Source of the DNA: Candidatus Omnitrophica bacterium UBA6215
GTDB lineage: Bacteria > Omnitrophota > Gorgyraeia > Pluralincolimonadales > Pluralincolimonadaceae
Direction: 5' to 3'
Assembly: GCA_002421665.1 (NCBI GenBank)
Contig: DISH01000004.1
Span: 245,109 to 309,108 of the forward strand
Length of the DNA: 64,000 nt
Shown: positions 38,564 through 47,739 of the stretch, one piece after another
How the letters are laid out: each line of letters opens with the position of its first letter
How positions within the stretch are numbered: position 1 is the stretch's first letter
Position numbers and translations under genes: made by a program
The notes under the pieces: model-generated
Database searches by the model: none
The model's input: only the letters and a program-made list of their open reading frames with translations
What the model was told of the DNA's origin: nothing

Positions 38564-40416
38564 AGAACAACGACATCATATGCATATCATCAATAGATTG
38601 GGATTTTATCTGGCAGGGCCACCAGGAGATAATGTCGGTTTTTGCCGCCAATGGCAACCGTGTCCTCTTCATAGAGAACACCGGGGTCAGGTCCCCGGGC
38701 ATAAGGGATATATCCAGGCTTGGCAAGAGGTTCAGTAATTACTTCAGGGGTGTCAAAGGGATACGCAGGGAATCCGAAAACCTCTACGTATATTCCCCGA
38801 TAGTCCTTCCTTTCCCGTATTCAAGGATAGCCAGGTGGATAAACAAGCAAATACTGCTTTCGGTTATAAAAAGGTGGATGAAGGCGGTCCGGTTCTCCGA
38901 TCCGATAATATGGACGTTCCTGCCTACAGGTACCGCCCTCGATATTATAGAGAACATAAACAGGAAACTCCTTGTCTATTATTGTATAGACAGTTTTGCG
39001 GCCAGCTCTTCATCTGCCAAAAAGATAAAAGCATACGAGAAGAAGCTGATCTCATCCGCTGACCTTGTCTTCGTGACATCGCAGGCTTTGCATGATTATT
39101 GCTCGCAGTTCAGCTCCAGCGTGAGCATGTTCCCGTTCGGCGTTAATATCACGAGTTTCGAGGAAGTCAGGAACCGCGATACCGTTGCACCCCAGGGGAT
39201 GGAAGGGATAAATGGTCCGGTCATAGGCTATGTAGGCGGTATACATAAATGGATAGACCAGCGCCTCGTCAGGGAAGCTGCCCTGAAGCATCCCGAACAT
39301 ACTTTTGTTTTCGTCGGGCCTGTTCAAACCGATGTATCGGAGCTTTCTTCCCTTGCGAATGTAAGGTTCCTGGGGGGCAAGAAACATTCCGAGCTGCCGT
39401 ATTACGTGAAATACTTTTCGGTTTGTATCATACCCTACCTTATGACCGAATATACAAAGAACGTATATCCCACGAAACTGAATGAGTATTTGTCAATGGG
39501 CAAACCGGTCGTTTCCACGGCGCTCCCCGAGGTAATAAGGTTCAACAATGAGAACGGCGGTATAGTCTCCGTAGGCGATGGTACGGACGGGTTCATATCC
39601 AGTATAGAGGAGGCGCTTTTGCCCGGGGCTTCCGCGCTTACAGGCAGGCGCATGGAAGCAGCCGCCCTCAACAGTTGGAACAGGAGGATAGAGGATATGA
39701 GCGGGCTTATAAATGCCCGCATGGAGAGCAAAACCTCCTTGAACGCGAACAGATGGAGAGAGGAGCTGGTATCCTTCTATAAGTCGGCTCGCAGCAGGTT
39801 TATAAAGATCGCCGCGGCCATCGCGGTCCTTTATGTCGCGGTCTTTTACACCCCGCTGGTATGGTACGTGGCCGAGCCCCTGAAGGTCTCGGATGCTCTC
39901 GGGAAGTCTGATGCCATAGTCGTGTTTGCGGGAGGCGTAGGAGAATCCGGACGGGCCGGACAGGGTTCGATGGAGAGGCTCGGCTATGCGGTGAGCCTCT
40001 ACCATGAGGGTTATGCGCCTTACCTTGTGTTCTCATCCGGCTATACCAACGTGTATAGGGAGGCGGATGTGATGAAGGCCGTAGCGGTATCCCTGGGCGT
40101 TCCTTCCTCGCGCATAATCCTCGATGAGGACGCAAGCAATACTTATGAGAACGTCGAGTCCGCCGATGAGATCGCCCGTAAGATGTCCTGGCGAAGGATC
40201 ATGGTGGTCAGTTCGCCTTACCATATGAGGCGCGTTGTCCTGACTTTCAGCAAAAGCGCACCGGGGCTGGATGTAATATGTGCACCGGTACCTCAGAGTT
40301 CTTTTTATTCGCACCGCATGATAGAAGGGCTTCGGCAGACGAACATCAGGCAGATTAAAGCTATTTTACACGAATACCTTAGTATAGTATATTATTGGGC
40401 GAAGGGTTATATTTAA
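38557..40416 (+). CDS. fusion protein: N-terminal GT4-like glycosyltransferase, TM helix, C-terminal DUF218 (SanA/YdcF/ElyC-like) domain
   Basis: GT-B region (IGYVGGIHKWID...GKPVVST), TM helix (FIKIAAAIAVLYVAVFY), then DAIVVFAGG...ENTYENV...VVSSPYHMRR typical of DUF218. Confidence 0.7.
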   Translation: MLKNNDIICISSIDWDFIWQGHQEIMSVFAANGNRVLFIENTGVRSPGIRDISRLGKRFSNYFRGVKGIRRESENLYVYSPIVLPFPYSRIARWINKQILLSVIKRWMKAVRFSDPIIWTFLPTGTALDIIENINRKLLVYYCIDSFAASSSSAKKIKAYEKKLISSADLVFVTSQALHDYCSQFSSSVSMFPFGVNITSFEEVRNRDTVAPQGMEGINGPVIGYVGGIHKWIDQRLVREAALKHPEHTFVFVGPVQTDVSELSSLANVRFLGGKKHSELPYYVKYFSVCIIPYLMTEYTKNVYPTKLNEYLSMGKPVVSTALPEVIRFNNENGGIVSVGDGTDGFISSIEEALLPGASALTGRRMEAAALNSWNRRIEDMSGLINARMESKTSLNANRWREELVSFYKSARSRFIKIAAAIAVLYVAVFYTPLVWYVAEPLKVSDALGKSDAIVVFAGGVGESGRAGQGSMERLGYAVSLYHEGYAPYLVFSSGYTNVYREADVMKAVAVSLGVPSSRIILDEDASNTYENVESADEIARKMSWRRIMVVSSPYHMRRVVLTFSKSAPGLDVICAPVPQSSFYSHRMIEGLRQTNIRQIKAILHEYLSIVYYWAKGYI

Positions 40417-40436
40417 ACAGGTAACCGGAGGTTCCG

Positions 40437-40937
40437 ATGGTAATTGACGAAAGAGGAAGGTTGTTCGGAAAATTCAACGTGATAGATATTGCCGTTGTCC
40501 TGATCGTATTTGCGATGGTTCCGATGTTTATCATCGGAGGTAAGATAATGGGGGCCAAGAAGGTTGAGTCCGAGGTCAAGCATGAGACCCTTACGGTCGC
40601 TGTCAAGTTCACGAAGATAATTCCCGAGCTTGCCGGTGTCATGAAGGAAGGGGACGTAGAGAAGGCCGAAAACAATAAGCCTATAGGTAAGCTGGTAAAG
40701 ATAATTAGTAATGAGCCCCAAAAGTTGCTGGCGATAGACGTGAACATGAGCGGCGACAAGCTGGGACTTGCCACCGACATGAGTTATCGCGAGATAAAAG
40801 CCCTTTTCGAGTTGGATTGCGTTGTGGATAAAAGGGCGCCTGTCTACCGCGGTTACGTGGTCAAAATAGGCAATTCGCTTACTTTTTCCACGGACTTGTA
40901 CAGCCTTCAGGGAACGATAACCGAAATAAGGAAATGA
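40437..40937 (+). CDS. DUF4330-like small membrane-anchored protein
   Basis: N-terminus ERGRLFGKFNVIDIAVVLIVFAMV (signal-anchor) resembles the DUF4330 family. GGAGG SD upstream. Confidence 0.5.
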   Translation: MVIDERGRLFGKFNVIDIAVVLIVFAMVPMFIIGGKIMGAKKVESEVKHETLTVAVKFTKIIPELAGVMKEGDVEKAENNKPIGKLVKIISNEPQKLLAIDVNMSGDKLGLATDMSYREIKALFELDCVVDKRAPVYRGYVVKIGNSLTFSTDLYSLQGTITEIRK

Positions 40938-41328
40938 CATCCTGTGTTCTGCTCCGACAGAAGCACTTCCATAAGCATCCTTGTTTTCTTAAAAGCTAAG
41001 TACCTTTCAGCCGAAGAGACGCTGGTATCTTGCTGCCATTCAAGCGCCGCAGGCGCTTTGGCGAAGTCGCTGGCGGCGATATCGGCAAAAACTTTTTACG
41101 GCTGTTTCCTTAGCATACTTTCCGAGGAACGCAGGTATTCCGAGTTCTTCTCGGGCAGTCTGGCAGTTCAAAAGTTAAGAGCATTGTTTTCCCGGACGGC
41201 AGGTATCCTCAAAGCTGCCTGCGTATCAAGTAAGGCATGCGGCATGGTATCTTCCGCGAACCGGGCGGTGGGCGCCGTGGGTTGGAAAAAAGCCGTGAAT
41301 GAAAGTTTTTTCTTAGGCTGGTTATACC

Positions 41329-42522
41329 GTGTCTGACGGCAAAACCAGGATACTCAGGATCATCGCGCGTCTCAATGTGGGCGGCCCGGCCATACATACC
41401 ATCCTTTTGACTTCCGCCTTGAACGACGACGCATATGAATCCGTTCTCCTTTGCGGCAGGGTGGAAGATGATGAAAAAGATATGTCGTACCTTGCCGAAA
41501 CAAAGGGCGTGAAGCCTGTCATGATAAGCGGGCTGGGCAGAAAGATAGACCCGATGGGCGATATCAGGGCTTTCGTGCAGATATACAGGTATATAAGGGA
41601 TTTTAAACCGGATATAGTACATACGCATACCGCTAAAGCCGGTGCCTTAGGCCGTATTGCCGCGGTCCTGGCAGGCGTGCCGGTAAGGGTCCACACTTTT
41701 CACGGGCATATCTTCGACGGTTATTTCGGCAGGGTAAAGACATCGATTTTCCTATCGATCGAGAGGGTACTCGCGTTCTTTACCCGTTATATTATAGTCG
41801 TAAGCGACGCGCAAAAACGCGATATATCAGGTAAATACGCGATCGCCGGAGGGGATAAAGTAAGGGTAATAAACCTGGGGCTGGAACTTGAGGAGTTCGC
41901 CGATGACGATTATCCCTCCGGGATAAGAAAAAAATTTGGGATAGGCGCCGGCTCAATAGTGGTGTCCATCGTAGGCCGGCTTGTCCCCATAAAGAACCAC
42001 AGGATGTTCCTTGATGCGGCGCGCAGGTTGGTTGCACAGGCCCCGGGCTTGGATGTAAAATTCCTCGTGGTAGGCGACGGCGAACAAAGACCGTTTCTCG
42101 AGAGATATTCATCGGAGATAGGGCTTGGCGACAGGGTCATATTTTGCGGCTGGGTAGAGGACATGCGGGAAGTATATTCAAGCTCGGATATAATAGCTCT
42201 GACATCTTTGAATGAAGGCACACCGGTCGCCGTGATAGAAGCCATGGCGTCAGGCAGGCCGGTGGTCGCTACCGATGTAGGCGGGGTCAGGGATGTCGTG
42301 GAAGATTCTGTTACGGGTTATCTCGTGCGCTCCGGCGATGACTCCGTTCTTTCCGAGAAGATCATGGAGCTGGCTTCCGACAAGTGCAAGAGGGAATCGT
42401 TCGGAAAGGCAGGCAGGTCGTCAGTAATAAGAAGATATTCGAAAGAACGGTTGGTAGATGACATAAAACGGCTTTACAGGGAAGCGCTTATAGACTATAA
42501 TAAGTGCAAAAAAGGAGTCTAA
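41329..42522 (+). CDS. GT4 family (GT-B) glycosyltransferase
   Basis: KPDIVHTHTAKAG ... EGTPVAVIEAMASGRPVVATDVGG (E-x7-E region). GTG start. Confidence 0.8.
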   Translation: MSDGKTRILRIIARLNVGGPAIHTILLTSALNDDAYESVLLCGRVEDDEKDMSYLAETKGVKPVMISGLGRKIDPMGDIRAFVQIYRYIRDFKPDIVHTHTAKAGALGRIAAVLAGVPVRVHTFHGHIFDGYFGRVKTSIFLSIERVLAFFTRYIIVVSDAQKRDISGKYAIAGGDKVRVINLGLELEEFADDDYPSGIRKKFGIGAGSIVVSIVGRLVPIKNHRMFLDAARRLVAQAPGLDVKFLVVGDGEQRPFLERYSSEIGLGDRVIFCGWVEDMREVYSSSDIIALTSLNEGTPVAVIEAMASGRPVVATDVGGVRDVVEDSVTGYLVRSGDDSVLSEKIMELASDKCKRESFGKAGRSSVIRRYSKERLVDDIKRLYREALIDYNKCKKGV

Positions 42523-42525
42523 ATA

Positions 42526-43491
42526 GTGCATTATCTTATAACCGGCGGAGCCGGTTTTATCGGTTCCCACCTTTCTGACAGGCTGATAAGCGAAGGCCAT
42601 AAGGTTACCGTTCTTGATAATTTTTCCACCGGCAAGTCCGATAACGTAAAGCATCTCGAGAATAAAGCCGGGTTTGAACTGGTCGTGGGCTCTATACTTA
42701 ACGAATTCCTGGTGGATAAGCTCGCGGAACGCTGCGACGCTATTTTTCACCTGGCAGCTGCTGTCGGTGTCGAGTTGATAGTCAACCATCCTTTGGAATC
42801 ACTTACCACGAATATTAAGGGCAGCGAGATAGTCCTTAACATGGCATTCCGTTATCACAAGAAGGTCCTTATAACCTCGACCTCCGAGATATACGGAAAG
42901 AACACGCAAGGGCCCCTTAAGGAGGACCAGGACCGGATACTCGGTTCACCGCTGAAATCAAGATGGAGCTATTCCACCGCTAAGGCCGTCGATGAGATGC
43001 TTGCCTATGTCTACTGGAAGACAAAGGACGTGCCTACGGTCATCGTGCGTCTTTTTAATACCGTTGGTCCCAGGCAGTCCGGCGCCTACGGCATGGTAGT
43101 GCCCAGGTTCGTCAGGCAGGCCCTCGAAGGAAAGGACATAACTGTATACGGTTCCGGCAAGCAGTCGAGGTGTTTCCTGCACGTGAAAGATGTGGTGTCA
43201 GCGCTGCCAAAACTCATAGAGAATCCCAAGGCCTATGGCCAGGTCTTTAATATCGGAAGTCAGGAGGAAGTAACGATAGAAGACCTCGCCCGCAAGGTGA
43301 TCGAAATAACCAAGAGTAAATCGAAGTTGGTCAATATACCGTATGAGAAGGCGTATGAAGAAGGATTCGAGGACATGGAGAGAAGGATCCCGGACACTTC
43401 CAAGATACGCGACCTTATAGGGTTCAAGCCCACGGCCGACCTCAAGGCTATCATAGAAGACGTGGTAAGCTACACGAGGGAAAACAAGTAA
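42526..43491 (+). CDS. NAD-dependent sugar-nucleotide epimerase/dehydratase (GalE/WbpP-like SDR)
   Basis: ITGGAGFIGSHL and YSTAK; about 320 aa. GTG start. Confidence 0.85.
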   Translation: MHYLITGGAGFIGSHLSDRLISEGHKVTVLDNFSTGKSDNVKHLENKAGFELVVGSILNEFLVDKLAERCDAIFHLAAAVGVELIVNHPLESLTTNIKGSEIVLNMAFRYHKKVLITSTSEIYGKNTQGPLKEDQDRILGSPLKSRWSYSTAKAVDEMLAYVYWKTKDVPTVIVRLFNTVGPRQSGAYGMVVPRFVRQALEGKDITVYGSGKQSRCFLHVKDVVSALPKLIENPKAYGQVFNIGSQEEVTIEDLARKVIEITKSKSKLVNIPYEKAYEEGFEDMERRIPDTSKIRDLIGFKPTADLKAIIEDVVSYTRENK

Positions 43492-43493
43492 CC

Positions 43494-45284
43494 GTGAATC
43501 ATGTTTACCTTTTTATCTCCGCATTCCTGTTGTCTTTTCTCGCCACTCCCGCCGTCAAGGCTGTAGCGGGAAGCCTCGGCATAGTAGCAAAGCCCAAAGA
43601 GGACAGATGGCATAAGAAGGTGATTCCCCTTATGGGCGGTATAGCCATATACCTTGCCTTTACGGCTGTTTATGTTGTTTCGACCTGGGGCGGCAAGATG
43701 AACCCGGGTCTCCTGATAGGCGCTACCTCCATATTCATCCTCGGGGTTATCGATGACATAAGAGGCCTGAGCCCGCAAACCAAGCTGATCGGCCAGATCG
43801 TGTGCGCGTCCCTTGCCGTAATTTTCGGCGTTACCATAAAGGTCATACCTTTTGCCGCTATATCCGTGCCTGTTACCATTTTGTGGATGGTAGGGATAAC
43901 CAATTCGTTCAATCTGCTAGATAATATGGACGGCCTTTCTGCGGGTGTTGCGGCGATAGCTTCGATGACGCTCTTCGCCTGTGCCGTGGCCTTGAACAGC
44001 CCGGAGACGGCTGCGGTATCGGTCATACTGGCCGGGGCGGCCACGGGTTTCCTTCCGCACAATTTCCATCCGGCCAAAATATTCATGGGCGATTGCGGCG
44101 CGATGTTCCTGGGTTTTTCGCTTTCGGCCCTGACCATAATGGGTACATGGAAAGAGGCCTCGCACCTGTTTATGGTCCTGCTTATACCGGTGCTAGCATT
44201 GGCGGTGCCTATATTCGATACGCTTTTCGTTGCTATAACCAGGACCATTGACGGCAGGTCTGTAGCAAAAGGGGGGAAGGACCATACCTCGCACAGGATG
44301 GTCTTCCTTGGCTGGCAGGAAAAGAAAGCCGTAACGGCCCTTTATCTCATATCCATACTTTTCGGCGCGGCCGCGTATATATCTCTCCATGTCAAGGTCT
44401 ATGTCAGCGCGATAATAATGTCATTGCTGGTAATGGTGGTATCCGCTTTTGCCATGTTCCTGAACCACTACACCAAGGCTAAGCGCACGCAAAAGGACGG
44501 GATGTCAAAGGATGTCTCGTATTATAAGAACGAATCGGACCTGATCGAGGCGTTGATAAAATACAAGAGAGTGATCTTTGAGGTCGTCTGCGATTTCGTG
44601 CTCATATGTATTGCCTATATCTCCAGTTACATAATTCGTTACGACGGCGTCGTCGACCATTACAATTTCGGGCTTATTGCCAAGTCCCTCCCGATCATTA
44701 TCGTGATCAAGCTGACGGCGTTTTCGGTCAGCGGTGTCTACGGTAATATATGGAGATATATAGGGCTTAACGAACTGCTTAATATAGTAAAGGGGATCCT
44801 CATCGGTTCCGTTACTTCAGTGGTCGCCCTGCTGGTTGCATACAGGTTTGTGGGTTTCTCAAGGATGATATTCATCCTTGATGCAATGGTCCTGCTGATA
44901 CTTATGTCCTCCGTGAGGATAGCTTTCAGGATATTCAGGGAACAGGTCTTCGTCTCCTTCGACGACGGCGGCAGAAGGGTATTGATCTTCGGCGCCGGCG
45001 ATGCGGGCGACGCCTTCCTGAGGGAAGTCAGGAAGAACAGGTCCCTTAGCTATCGTCCCGTGGGTTTTATCGATGACGATATCTCCAAGCAGGGTAGGAG
45101 GATACAGGGTATACCGGTCATAGGAGTTCGTTCGGATATACCCAGGCTTTCCGTAGAGAAGAAGATCGACGAGATAATATTGGCTATTCCCTCGGCTGAC
45201 CGCAAGACAAAGGATGATATTGAGGCCATATGCAGGGAGAGCGGGGTGGAATATCACCAGATAAGCGGGATATACCTTAAGTGA
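43494..45284 (+). CDS. polyprenol-phosphate N-acetylhexosamine-1-phosphate transferase (WecA/MraY family) fused to C-terminal TM + CoA_binding_3-like Rossmann domain
   Basis: VIDDIRGLSP, NSFNLLDNMDGL, FMGDCGAMFLG are the PNPT hallmarks. The C-terminal ~240 aa carry 4 TM helices plus VLIFGAGDAG...YRPVGFIDDD, as in the N-termini of WbaP/CapD-type proteins. Confidence 0.8.
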   Translation: MNHVYLFISAFLLSFLATPAVKAVAGSLGIVAKPKEDRWHKKVIPLMGGIAIYLAFTAVYVVSTWGGKMNPGLLIGATSIFILGVIDDIRGLSPQTKLIGQIVCASLAVIFGVTIKVIPFAAISVPVTILWMVGITNSFNLLDNMDGLSAGVAAIASMTLFACAVALNSPETAAVSVILAGAATGFLPHNFHPAKIFMGDCGAMFLGFSLSALTIMGTWKEASHLFMVLLIPVLALAVPIFDTLFVAITRTIDGRSVAKGGKDHTSHRMVFLGWQEKKAVTALYLISILFGAAAYISLHVKVYVSAIIMSLLVMVVSAFAMFLNHYTKAKRTQKDGMSKDVSYYKNESDLIEALIKYKRVIFEVVCDFVLICIAYISSYIIRYDGVVDHYNFGLIAKSLPIIIVIKLTAFSVSGVYGNIWRYIGLNELLNIVKGILIGSVTSVVALLVAYRFVGFSRMIFILDAMVLLILMSSVRIAFRIFREQVFVSFDDGGRRVLIFGAGDAGDAFLREVRKNRSLSYRPVGFIDDDISKQGRRIQGIPVIGVRSDIPRLSVEKKIDEIILAIPSADRKTKDDIEAICRESGVEYHQISGIYLK

Positions 45285-46759
45285 ACACGCGCGGTAACAG
45301 GATCTGTTCGGGTTGCGACAAGTTCATAGAATACCTCCTTTATACGCTTTTCTTCTTCATATCTTCTTCAAAGAGCGTCCTGGAGGTATTTGCCACCATA
45401 GCCATACTGCTTTGGTTCGTAAAGAAATTCATAGAGTTCAGGGATTTGGCGGCGGTAAGGATATCGGAGTATAAGCCTTCCGCTACGGGAATCAGGTCTT
45501 ACGCGGTTTTCCTGGCCTCGGGGCTAGCTACAATGGTGATGGTCTACGCCGCCATAGTCATGACCATGGGCGTGGTGTCTAAGCATGTTGAGCATGGCTA
45601 TAACCTTTTCGCCCCGCATGTGTTCATACCAATAGTGCTGGCGAGCGCCCTGCTTCTTTCGCTATTCTGCCTTACCATATTTTCGATGGTACACTCCAGA
45701 CAGTTAGGCGCTAACTTAAAGTTGGCTTCCCTGGCGTTCCTCGCGGTAAGCGTTATTACCGCTGGTTTTACGACTTCCAATATAACCATAAGCGGCGGGA
45801 CCCTGATATTCAAGACGATGGAATATTTCCTGCTGTTTTTGGTTATAGTAGATGTCATCAACACACGAGAGAAAGTGGCCAAGGCTGCCATAGCGTTCAT
45901 TGCGCAGGTTTTTATCGTAGGCCTGGACGGGATATACCAGTATTTTTCCGGTCACGATATCTTCAGGCATTTCCCTTTATTCGAGAACATAAAGGTGACC
46001 GCTACCTTCAAGTTCTCCAACAGCGCGGGCACTTTTTTTGCAACCGTCTTGCCGGTCCCTCTATCGCTGGTGCTTTTTAATGCTGTTGGCCGCAGGAAGA
46101 AATTGCTGTTGCTGCTGGTATCGTTTGTCGTTTTTGTTTCCCTTCTTTTGACACAAGCCAGGGCGGCTTGGTTAGGATTTTTTGTCGCGTTCCTTTTTAT
46201 GTGCGTTCTGGCGGGCAGGAAGAAGTTCTTTTCTATTATAGGTGTGTTATCCCTGGTCGTTGTTTTAACGGCCCTATTCGGACCCCAGGGCATAAAGGAC
46301 CAGCTTAAGTCTTTTGCGGAAATAGGCAAGGACCAGTCGAGCCAGGACAGGCTGATAATTTGGGATACGGGGTGGCGGATGTTCACGGACAAGCCTTTGT
46401 TCGGCCTTGGCCTGGGTACTTTCATGAACGAATTCGAAAGATACCGGCCAGCCGGGTATTCGGAGATAGTATATGCCCATAATTGCCTGTTACAAACAGC
46501 CGTCGAGACCGGAATAACTGGTGTGGCCGTGTCTTTGTGGATCGCAGCAGGCATTTTCCTATCGGCCCTAAGGAGATACTTCAGCCAGAAAGATGTTTTT
46601 GTGAAAGCTGTTTCCATAGGTTTCTTGGCGGGAGTGGCAGCGACTCTCGTTAACAGTCTTTTTGACACTAACCTTTATTCCCTTCCTTTGGCCGTTCTCT
46701 TTTGGTCGGTCGCGGGATTGTCGGTGACTAAAATACAAGATAAGCTGCCTGACAATTGA
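45281..46759 (+). CDS. Wzy_C-domain membrane protein (O-antigen ligase WaaL / polymerase / O-oligosaccharyltransferase family)
   Basis: Polytopic; LLTQARAAWLG and periplasmic loop GLGLGTF...YAHNCLLQTAVETGITG typical of Wzy_C. GTG start overlapping the upstream stop. Confidence 0.75.
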   Translation: MNTRGNRICSGCDKFIEYLLYTLFFFISSSKSVLEVFATIAILLWFVKKFIEFRDLAAVRISEYKPSATGIRSYAVFLASGLATMVMVYAAIVMTMGVVSKHVEHGYNLFAPHVFIPIVLASALLLSLFCLTIFSMVHSRQLGANLKLASLAFLAVSVITAGFTTSNITISGGTLIFKTMEYFLLFLVIVDVINTREKVAKAAIAFIAQVFIVGLDGIYQYFSGHDIFRHFPLFENIKVTATFKFSNSAGTFFATVLPVPLSLVLFNAVGRRKKLLLLLVSFVVFVSLLLTQARAAWLGFFVAFLFMCVLAGRKKFFSIIGVLSLVVVLTALFGPQGIKDQLKSFAEIGKDQSSQDRLIIWDTGWRMFTDKPLFGLGLGTFMNEFERYRPAGYSEIVYAHNCLLQTAVETGITGVAVSLWIAAGIFLSALRRYFSQKDVFVKAVSIGFLAGVAATLVNSLFDTNLYSLPLAVLFWSVAGLSVTKIQDKLPDN

Positions 46760-47739
46760 ACCCTAAAAAAATCTTGCTCATAAGGACAGACAGGATCGGC
46801 GAATTGATCTTGACGGCGCCAGCCATAAACTCTGTCCGCGCCGCGTTCCCGGAAGCGGAGATATCGCTTATAGTCTCGGCCTCTTCATTCGAGGCGGTTG
46901 AGGGGATGCGCTCAGTAGATAAGGTCTTGGTTATCGATCCTGCCTCTGAATTCTCGTCCTTAAGGAAAGTGTTGGAGTTCGTTCTCGGCCTGAGAAAGAA
47001 GAACTTCGACATGGCCGTGATATTCAATCCTTCCAAGCTTATGAACTTGGCCGTATTCCTGGCAGGTATCCCTGTAAGGGCGGGATACGACCGGAAGCTC
47101 GGTTTTTTGCTTAACAGGCGTATAGCCGACAGGAAATTCCTTTGCGAAAAGCATGAGGTTGAATACAACCTGGACCTTATAAAGGCGTCCGGCATAGAAC
47201 CTTTGGGCAAAGACCTTTCTTTCGATGTCTTTCCGGCTGATGAGGAAACTGCCGGAGTGATTGCCCGTACCGCAGGACTGTGTTCCCGGAAAAAGTTCAT
47301 TGTCGTGCATGCGGCTACCAGCAACCCCGAGAAAGTCTGGCCTGCCGACCGTTTTGCGACACTATGTAATATGGTTGAAGCCGGGCTGGGAGTGAAGGTG
47401 GTTTTGGCGGGAGGGAAGGATGAGGAGCGGGTATCGCAGGAAGTCAAGGATAAGGCAGGGAACCCTTTTTGTGACCTTACAGGTAAATTGGATTTGAAGG
47501 AATTTGCCGCTCTTTTGAGGATGGCGATCCTGCTGGTCTCGTGTGATTCCGGCCCGGTGCATGTCAGCGTGGCCGTTGGGACGCCGGTAGTCGCACTGTT
47601 CGGCGAATCCAGGCCCGGAGGTTCGTCGCGCAGGTGGGGACCATACGGCACCGGACATACGGTTGTAGGAAAGCCTGCGGTGATCGATATATCCGTTGAA
47701 GAAGTCTTCGAGGCCGTAAAAGCAAGGATATTACAATGA
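46756..47739 (+). CDS. GT9 family LPS heptosyltransferase
   Basis: KILLIRTDRIGELILTAPAINSVR (N-terminal GT9 signature) and C-terminal ...VSCDSGPVHVSVAVGTPVVALFG. TTG start, TTGA overlap. Confidence 0.85.
   Translation: MNPKKILLIRTDRIGELILTAPAINSVRAAFPEAEISLIVSASSFEAVEGMRSVDKVLVIDPASEFSSLRKVLEFVLGLRKKNFDMAVIFNPSKLMNLAVFLAGIPVRAGYDRKLGFLLNRRIADRKFLCEKHEVEYNLDLIKASGIEPLGKDLSFDVFPADEETAGVIARTAGLCSRKKFIVVHAATSNPEKVWPADRFATLCNMVEAGLGVKVVLAGGKDEERVSQEVKDKAGNPFCDLTGKLDLKEFAALLRMAILLVSCDSGPVHVSVAVGTPVVALFGESRPGGSSRRWGPYGTGHTVVGKPAVIDISVEEVFEAVKARILQ

Noticed and set aside
40941-40963. Short inverted repeat just after the DUF4330 stop, considered as a rho-independent terminator
   Set aside because: Imperfect 5–6 bp stem with no downstream U-tract; not convincing as a terminator.
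40944-41336. 130-aa + strand ORF between DUF4330 and the GT4 gene
   Set aside because: Not annotated as a gene: atypical codon usage and composition, no motif; treated as a non-coding gap (see findings). It could still be a lineage-specific hypothetical.
45952-46668. 238-aa minus-strand ORF inside the Wzy_C gene
   Set aside because: Antisense shadow ORF; the + strand product has clear Wzy_C loop motifs.
46728-47651. 307-aa minus-strand ORF
   Set aside because: Antisense to the GT9 heptosyltransferase gene; Ser/Thr/Ala-rich with no domain signature; the + strand gene has strong family motifs.
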